This document shows, in pieces, positions 58,947 to 64,000 of a DNA stretch of 64,000 bases (within the stretch, counting starts at the first letter, position 1; each line of letters starts with the position of its first letter). The stretch is from assembly GCA_050949565.1 (NCBI GenBank), contig JBMNFY010000010.1, positions 288,001-352,000 on the forward strand, written 5' to 3'. Both the position numbers and the translations under genes were made by a program. Source of the DNA: Kiritimatiellia bacterium (GTDB lineage: Bacteria > Verrucomicrobiota > Kiritimatiellia > RFP12 > UBA1067). The notes under the pieces are model-generated. The model made no database searches, was not told the DNA's origin, and saw only the letters and a list, made by a program, of their open reading frames with translations.

Positions 58947-59273
58947 CTAATCATGCTTAGGTCTCCGAAATCTGGCGAGACATTTTTCAAGTAGTGGGAG
59001 TAACACATGCGTTACTATATGAAATATCAAAAGTGCAATGAAAGTTATTCGGACAACCGATTTGTTTTCTGCATTGCATAGGCCGTCGGAATGTTCAATG
59101 CACGAGGCGGACAGCATGTACAAGACGAATGCCAATACAGGAATGCCCGACATTCTTGATGTCGGCAAAATCAACCTTTTTGCATTGCACCAAAAAGAAA
59201 AAGCATCGACAAATATGCCAGTGCAAATAAGCACCACCGAAACACCGGCACAGAGCATTTGAAGGTTGTTCAT
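58947..59273 (-). CDS. Three-TM membrane protein, orphan immunity candidate
   Basis: Three hydrophobic segments, AT-rich. Confidence 0.6.
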   Translation of the reverse strand: MNNLQMLCAGVSVVLICTGIFVDAFSFWCNAKRLILPTSRMSGIPVLAFVLYMLSASCIEHSDGLCNAENKSVVRITFIALLIFHIVTHVLLPLLEKCLARFRRPKHD

Positions 59274-59319
59274 GGCGTGTAGACCCTTTGGCCGACAATC
59301 CCCCTTTTCTTTCTTAGAA

Positions 59320-59502
59320 CTACTTTTTGCCGGTCACACCGATCAATCGGCGGAAGATGCAGTATGCTGCAATGGCAAGCAGGACTCCGAGAACGAACCC
59401 GCCTATCCAGCCACCAAGTCCGTAATGCAAGCCGAAGTACTTACCGCAAAAATACCCGACCACGATTACACCAATCACTGTGAGAAGTTCAAAGATGTTC
59501 AT
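59320..59502 (-). CDS. Two-TM cognate immunity candidate
   Basis: GAGG RBS, 10 nt after the Rhs stop; two Gly-rich TM helices. Confidence 0.7.
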   Translation of the reverse strand: MNIFELLTVIGVIVVGYFCGKYFGLHYGLGGWIGGFVLGVLLAIAAYCIFRRLIGVTGKK

Positions 59503-59512
59503 AGACGATACC

Positions 59513-62500
59513 TCATTTTCGTGTCTGGTAGTCTACGGTCTCAAAGATACCAAGTCCCAGAAGATAGCCACCAGGCGTAAGTCCAGTTCCGATGGTTGTG
59601 CCAGTTTGGCGCCATGCTGTACCGAAAGCTGCCCGGACGTAGCTACCACCTGCGGCATTGACCAAGTAGCGCCCTTTCTCAATGGCACTCATGCCTTGGA
59701 TGACATTGTAGGTACTGGGCGAAACCGTAGTCTGTCCGATTTCGTAAAGCACAGGATTCTTGACCCACGTTCCTATGTTCGGAATTGCCACTGCTATCAT
59801 TGCGTCTCGCGTGAATCCGCCAATATGGCGGCTAACCCTGTACATTCCGTCCACATTGCCGCAGTCGTCGGCATAGACGCCGGTGAACGGATCAGCAAAG
59901 GGGATCATTCCATCAATACCGGCGGCAAGTCCTTTGCCAAAGCCTTCCGCAAACGCCCCGCCGATTTCCTTCCATTCGGACAGGGTGAACTCCCCGTAAG
60001 GGTCAATTCCGTTCACTGGATCGTTCCCACAGAACTGATAAAGGTTGATTCCGCCGTCTTCGCCGATGGGGTCTTCGGATATCCACCTGCACAGCACAGG
60101 CGAGTAATACCTGAACCCATGATAAAACAGTCCCGAAGCATCACGCTCCTTGCTGGAGAAGGTGAAACGGGGTGTGTAGGTGCCGGTGGCGGAGAACTGT
60201 TCGCCAAACGTCGTGTAGGAATATTCGCCGACAACGTTTCCGCTTGTGTCCGTAGCCATGACCACGTCGCCGCGCCAGTTGCTGTGGAGGTAGGTTGTTG
60301 TCGCGGTGCCGCCGGAGAAGCGAGTTTCCGCCACCAGTGACCCCACGTCGCCCGCGATGCCGATGCCGCGCGTGAAGTACTCGCGAATAGTTCCATCGGC
60401 GTGGGCGGTCGCGATGATGTCCATGCCGTCCCAGATGTAGAGCGTGAGCAGGCTGTTTTCCTGCTTCGCGACGCGGCGGCCGTGCTGGTCGTACCAGTAG
60501 AGGGAAACCGCGCCGGAAACGGTGTTGCTCACACAGGCGAGGTTGCCCTCGCTGTCGTAGGCGAGAATCATGGGCGGGACGCCCATGCCACCGGGGAGAT
60601 TGGTGATGCTCCCGTTTGCGTCATTACCAATGACCGTCGTCACCTTGTTGACGCTGAACTCGGAGAGGCGGAAGGACGGGGCCTGTCCGTCCTGGTCGAC
60701 GCGGAACTGGATGCGGACGAGGCCGTTGCTCATGGGGTGCATCGGGACGTTGGGCGCGATCCAGCGGCCTGACGCGTCCCTCTCGGCGTTCACCGGAGGC
60801 TTTGCCGCCGTCGGGTAGTATTTCACCGTGGCGGCGGGGTCGGCGGTGCCGGTGATCGTGACCGCGCCGTTGCGGATGTGGCGGGTCGTTTCATCCGCCC
60901 TGTTCACCGCGAACGATGCGTTCGGAGCCGCCAGCGCATCCGTGTACGGTGTGAATGAACGCGCCACCATCGAGCCGGTGGCCTTGTAGTCGAAACGTTC
61001 CAAGTAGGCGGGCGCGGCGTTGGTGTAGGTGGTGGCGCCTGTCACCATGCTCTGGAGGTTGTAGGCGAAAACCGTCTGGCGCTGGCCGCCGGCCGACAGC
61101 GTGGAGACGGAGGCGAGGCGGTCGACGTCCCATTCGTAGTTAATAGTTAATAACGAAGAGTGAAGAACGGTGTTGGAGACGGCGGTGGAGGCGGGGCGCT
61201 GGAGTGCGTCGTAGGCGCGGTGTTCCGTGACGGCGGGAGTGGCCTTGGCCAGCAGCCGTCCGGAGTCGCTGTGGGTGTAGGCGGCGGAGGCGTGGGGGTT
61301 GGCGACCGAGGCGAGCGCGGGCAGGAAGGGGTGGTGCGTGTAGGCCTCGGGGATGACGGCCGCGCCGACGGTGAGGGTGCGGTTGGTGACGAAGCCGCGC
61401 GGGCCGTAGGCCCAGCCGAGGGAGTAGACGAGCGGCGCGGTCTGGCCGGGCAGGCCGGAGAGGGTGACGGTCTGGGAGACGGGGCGGCGGCGGGAGTCGT
61501 AAGAGTAGTTAATAGTTAATAACGAAGAGTGAATAACTGGGTGGAGGGACGAGGTGACGTGGCGGACGGTGTTGGTGAGGAGGTCGCGGGCGAGGTCGTG
61601 GCGGTTGGTGGTGGAAGAGAACGCTGAACGCTGAACGTCGAACGTTGAACGTTGGAGGAGGCGGGTGTGGGAGGCGTCCCAGACGTTGGTGGCGAGGTTG
61701 CCGCAGGCGTCGGCGCGGGAGGCGGGCAGGCCGTCGAAGGTGTGGGTGAAGGATTCGCGGGTGCGCCCGATGGCGTCTTTGCGGGCGGCGAGGCGGGTGA
61801 GGCCGTTGGTGACGGCGTAGGCGAAGGTGCGCGTCGCGAAGGAGCGGGCGGCGGGGAGGTCGGGGCCGGCGGCGGCGGCGACGCCGAGGGCGGCGAGTTC
61901 GCCTTCGCCGAGGTAGGAGAAGGCGAGGGCGGTCGAGGTCCGGGCGTCGAAGGGCGCGAGGGCGGATTCGAGGCGCTTGTTGCCGTCGTAGGTGAAGCGG
62001 TTGGTGACGCCGTGGCGGTCGACGTGCAGGGAGGGGGCGCAGCAGTCGTAGACGTAGCTGTCGGCGGTGCCGTCGGGGTACGTGATGAGCACGGGGCGTT
62101 CGAGTGTGTCGCGCTCGATGGAGACGGGGTTGCCGTCGGCGTCGATGATGGTCGAGGGCAGGAATCCGCCGTCCTCGTAGTCGAACTCGGCGAGGGTGGC
62201 GGCGTGGGCGCCGCCGTTGAAGGCGGATATGGAGACGGGGCGATGGGCGGCATCGTAGGTGTAGCGGACGGTGTTGTCGAGGCCTTCGTCGGCGGTGTGC
62301 CAGAGGGTCTGGCCGAGGGCGTTGTATGCCGCCTGCCAGAGGGTCTGGGTGGAGACGGTGGATAACGGAGAGTTGACCGTTAACAGTTGGACGGCGGTGA
62401 CGAGGCGGTTGGTGCGGGAGAAGAGGAGGGATGAGCCGTCGCGGGCGGTGAGGCGGACGGGATCGTCGTTGGCGTCCAGCTCGGCGCTCTCGGTCCAGGC

Positions 62501-64000
62501 TTCGGCGGGGGTGCTGCTGTTCGCCCGATAGACCTTGTTGGAGGCGGTGATGAGGCGTCCGCCGGAGGGCAGATTGTTGTTGTAGGTGAAGGCCGTGTCG
62601 CGGCGGGCGGCGTTGTCGGTGACGGCGGCTGAAGAGGAGAGCGAATCATAGAACCCGATTTTACCTGACGCGGGCGAGAAAAGCTCGCGTTCGAACGTGA
62701 CGTCGCGGCGGCCGGTGGCGGAAAATGTGCGGTAGTTGAGGTAGTCGCCGCGGCGGGTGTAGATTCTGTCCCAGCGGTCATTGGCGAGGGCGGCGGCTTT
62801 CGCGTGGAGGGCGGCGGAGCCGGTTTCGTCGATGAGCGCCCACAGCTTCGAGGCACCGTTGCGGTCGCGCTTGACGGTGGGGCCCAGTGCCGCGTAGGCG
62901 TGGTAGTTGTAGGTCGTCACATGGCCCTCGGGGTCGGTGATGGAGAGTTCGGAAGGTTCGTCGTAGGTGGGCCACTCCTCGAAGGTCTGGTGGAGGTCGA
63001 ACTCCCAGCGTCCCCCGTTGGGCCAGGTCATGGCGGCGGCGTGGTGGTGGGAGACGGTCGTGCCGGAATTGTTTTTGAGTTGGCGGGTCCGGGAGCCGTA
63101 CTCAAGCGTCGTGGTCTGGCCGCCCATGTCGGTAATGGACGCCAGCAGCGGGGTGCCGTTCGTGGTCAGGTAGGTGAAGGCGGCGGAACGCCCCAGCTCG
63201 CCGCCGTCGGGGCCGACGGCGTAGACGCGGGAGACCGTGCCGTCCTGATTGTAGTCGTAGCGGAGCGAGCAGCGCGTGACGGTGGAGGAGACGGAGACGA
63301 AGCGTCCGGTCGTCTCGTCGCGGGTGACGATAAGCGCGTTGCCGAAGGCGTCCTCGACGCTGGCGAGCGTCTGGGAGAAGGGGCTGTTGGCGGGGTGGTA
63401 GGTGTAGACGGCGGTGCCGTGGCCGGTGGAGAGCCGCGCGGATCCGTCCGGGAAGAGGGCGGCGGTGTGGCTGCCGGTGAGGGTGGGGTCGCGCGGCAGG
63501 TAGGTGCCGTCGGACTGGCGGTTGAAGTAGAGTTCACGGCCCGAGGGGAGGTGGAAGAGGAGGTGGTTGCCCGGGTCGAGGGCCACGGTGGTGGATTCAT
63601 AGGAGACGGACCAGCGGTAGCCGAAGGGGTAGAGCTGGACATCGACATCGGGGCTGGCGTAGCGGGCGTTGTCGGCGTCGCGGTCGTTGTAGGTGAGGAC
63701 GAGTTCGAGGGACGGGCCGGCGGGGGCGTCGAGCCAGAGGGGCGTGTCGACGAGCAGGTAGTTGAGGTTGAGGGTGTGGACGGCGTGGACGGGCATGCCC
63801 CGCGAGCGCCTGTATTTCTCGCACGGGTCCGTGTCGTCGTCGGCGATGCCGGTGTCGTTGTTGTTGGTCTCGTGGCCGCAACAGCCGCCGGTGAAGGCCT
63901 CGTCGGCCGCTGCGGTTGCCGGCGCGGAGGCGCGGAGGGGCGGCGGGGGCGCGGGGAAGTCTGCGCGGGTGAGGAGGCAGGCGAGGCCGTGTGCCGCGCC
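59513..64000 (-). CDS. Rhs toxin, 5' end outside window, Gly-rich hydrophobic C-terminal toxin
   Basis: Frame stays open from 63796 up to 64000; YD repeats; FSSKERD..GFRYYSP..EDPIGE; DPVNGIDPYGE cleavage motif. Confidence 0.92.
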   Translation of the reverse strand, partial: GAAHGLACLLTRADFPAPPPPLRASAPATAAADEAFTGGCCGHETNNNDTGIADDDTDPCEKYRRSRGMPVHAVHTLNLNYLLVDTPLWLDAPAGPSLELVLTYNDRDADNARYASPDVDVQLYPFGYRWSVSYESTTVALDPGNHLLFHLPSGRELYFNRQSDGTYLPRDPTLTGSHTAALFPDGSARLSTGHGTAVYTYHPANSPFSQTLASVEDAFGNALIVTRDETTGRFVSVSSTVTRCSLRYDYNQDGTVSRVYAVGPDGGELGRSAAFTYLTTNGTPLLASITDMGGQTTTLEYGSRTRQLKNNSGTTVSHHHAAAMTWPNGGRWEFDLHQTFEEWPTYDEPSELSITDPEGHVTTYNYHAYAALGPTVKRDRNGASKLWALIDETGSAALHAKAAALANDRWDRIYTRRGDYLNYRTFSATGRRDVTFERELFSPASGKIGFYDSLSSSAAVTDNAARRDTAFTYNNNLPSGGRLITASNKVYRANSSTPAEAWTESAELDANDDPVRLTARDGSSLLFSRTNRLVTAVQLLTVNSPLSTVSTQTLWQAAYNALGQTLWHTADEGLDNTVRYTYDAAHRPVSISAFNGGAHAATLAEFDYEDGGFLPSTIIDADGNPVSIERDTLERPVLITYPDGTADSYVYDCCAPSLHVDRHGVTNRFTYDGNKRLESALAPFDARTSTALAFSYLGEGELAALGVAAAAGPDLPAARSFATRTFAYAVTNGLTRLAARKDAIGRTRESFTHTFDGLPASRADACGNLATNVWDASHTRLLQRSTFDVQRSAFSSTTNRHDLARDLLTNTVRHVTSSLHPVIHSSLLTINYSYDSRRRPVSQTVTLSGLPGQTAPLVYSLGWAYGPRGFVTNRTLTVGAAVIPEAYTHHPFLPALASVANPHASAAYTHSDSGRLLAKATPAVTEHRAYDALQRPASTAVSNTVLHSSLLTINYEWDVDRLASVSTLSAGGQRQTVFAYNLQSMVTGATTYTNAAPAYLERFDYKATGSMVARSFTPYTDALAAPNASFAVNRADETTRHIRNGAVTITGTADPAATVKYYPTAAKPPVNAERDASGRWIAPNVPMHPMSNGLVRIQFRVDQDGQAPSFRLSEFSVNKVTTVIGNDANGSITNLPGGMGVPPMILAYDSEGNLACVSNTVSGAVSLYWYDQHGRRVAKQENSLLTLYIWDGMDIIATAHADGTIREYFTRGIGIAGDVGSLVAETRFSGGTATTTYLHSNWRGDVVMATDTSGNVVGEYSYTTFGEQFSATGTYTPRFTFSSKERDASGLFYHGFRYYSPVLCRWISEDPIGEDGGINLYQFCGNDPVNGIDPYGEFTLSEWKEIGGAFAEGFGKGLAAGIDGMIPFADPFTGVYADDCGNVDGMYRVSRHIGGFTRDAMIAVAIPNIGTWVKNPVLYEIGQTTVSPSTYNVIQGMSAIEKGRYLVNAAGGSYVRAAFGTAWRQTGTTIGTGLTPGGYLLGLGIFETVDYQTRK

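Noticed and set aside
55545-61810. DGR template/variable repeat pair
   Set aside because: No reverse transcriptase in the window, differences are not adenine-specific, and the kb-scale duplication is explained by an orphan Rhs core

Overview
GC-rich bacterial chromosome segment; gene content and protein style suggest the PVC superphylum (Kiritimatiellota/Lentisphaerota-like), which is an inference. Both ends carry minus-strand Rhs/YD polymorphic-toxin loci (1-11.9 kb and 54.8-64 kb) with full-length toxins, orphan Rhs-CT cassettes and AT-rich immunity arrays. Next to the left locus is a lower-GC restriction-modification island: an HTH-fused SPPY methyltransferase, a second SPPY methyltransferase and a convergent BfiI-like PLD endonuclease. 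It is followed by an IS5/IS1182-like element whose terminal ~100 bp also occurs as a free REP-containing MITE. The middle is mostly housekeeping or metabolic: ThuA-HEAT protein, Gfo/Idh/MocA, FAD oxidase, eda, U32, dprA-topA-xerC, ThiI/MnmA-like, FHA, an ISNCY-like IS, era, pfk, tRNA-Lys, TPP riboswitch with thiD-thiC, GH106-like, RACo, NYN, YhcH, LMW-PTP, rsmB. The most unusual signal is that the genome's intergenic 7-mer, 9-mer and REP micro-repeat families recur in frame inside the Rhs toxin genes. Comparing two paralogous copies shows one such tract losing a 7-nt unit (frameshift) and another receiving a MITE insertion. All calls are from reading the sequence; no database searches were run.
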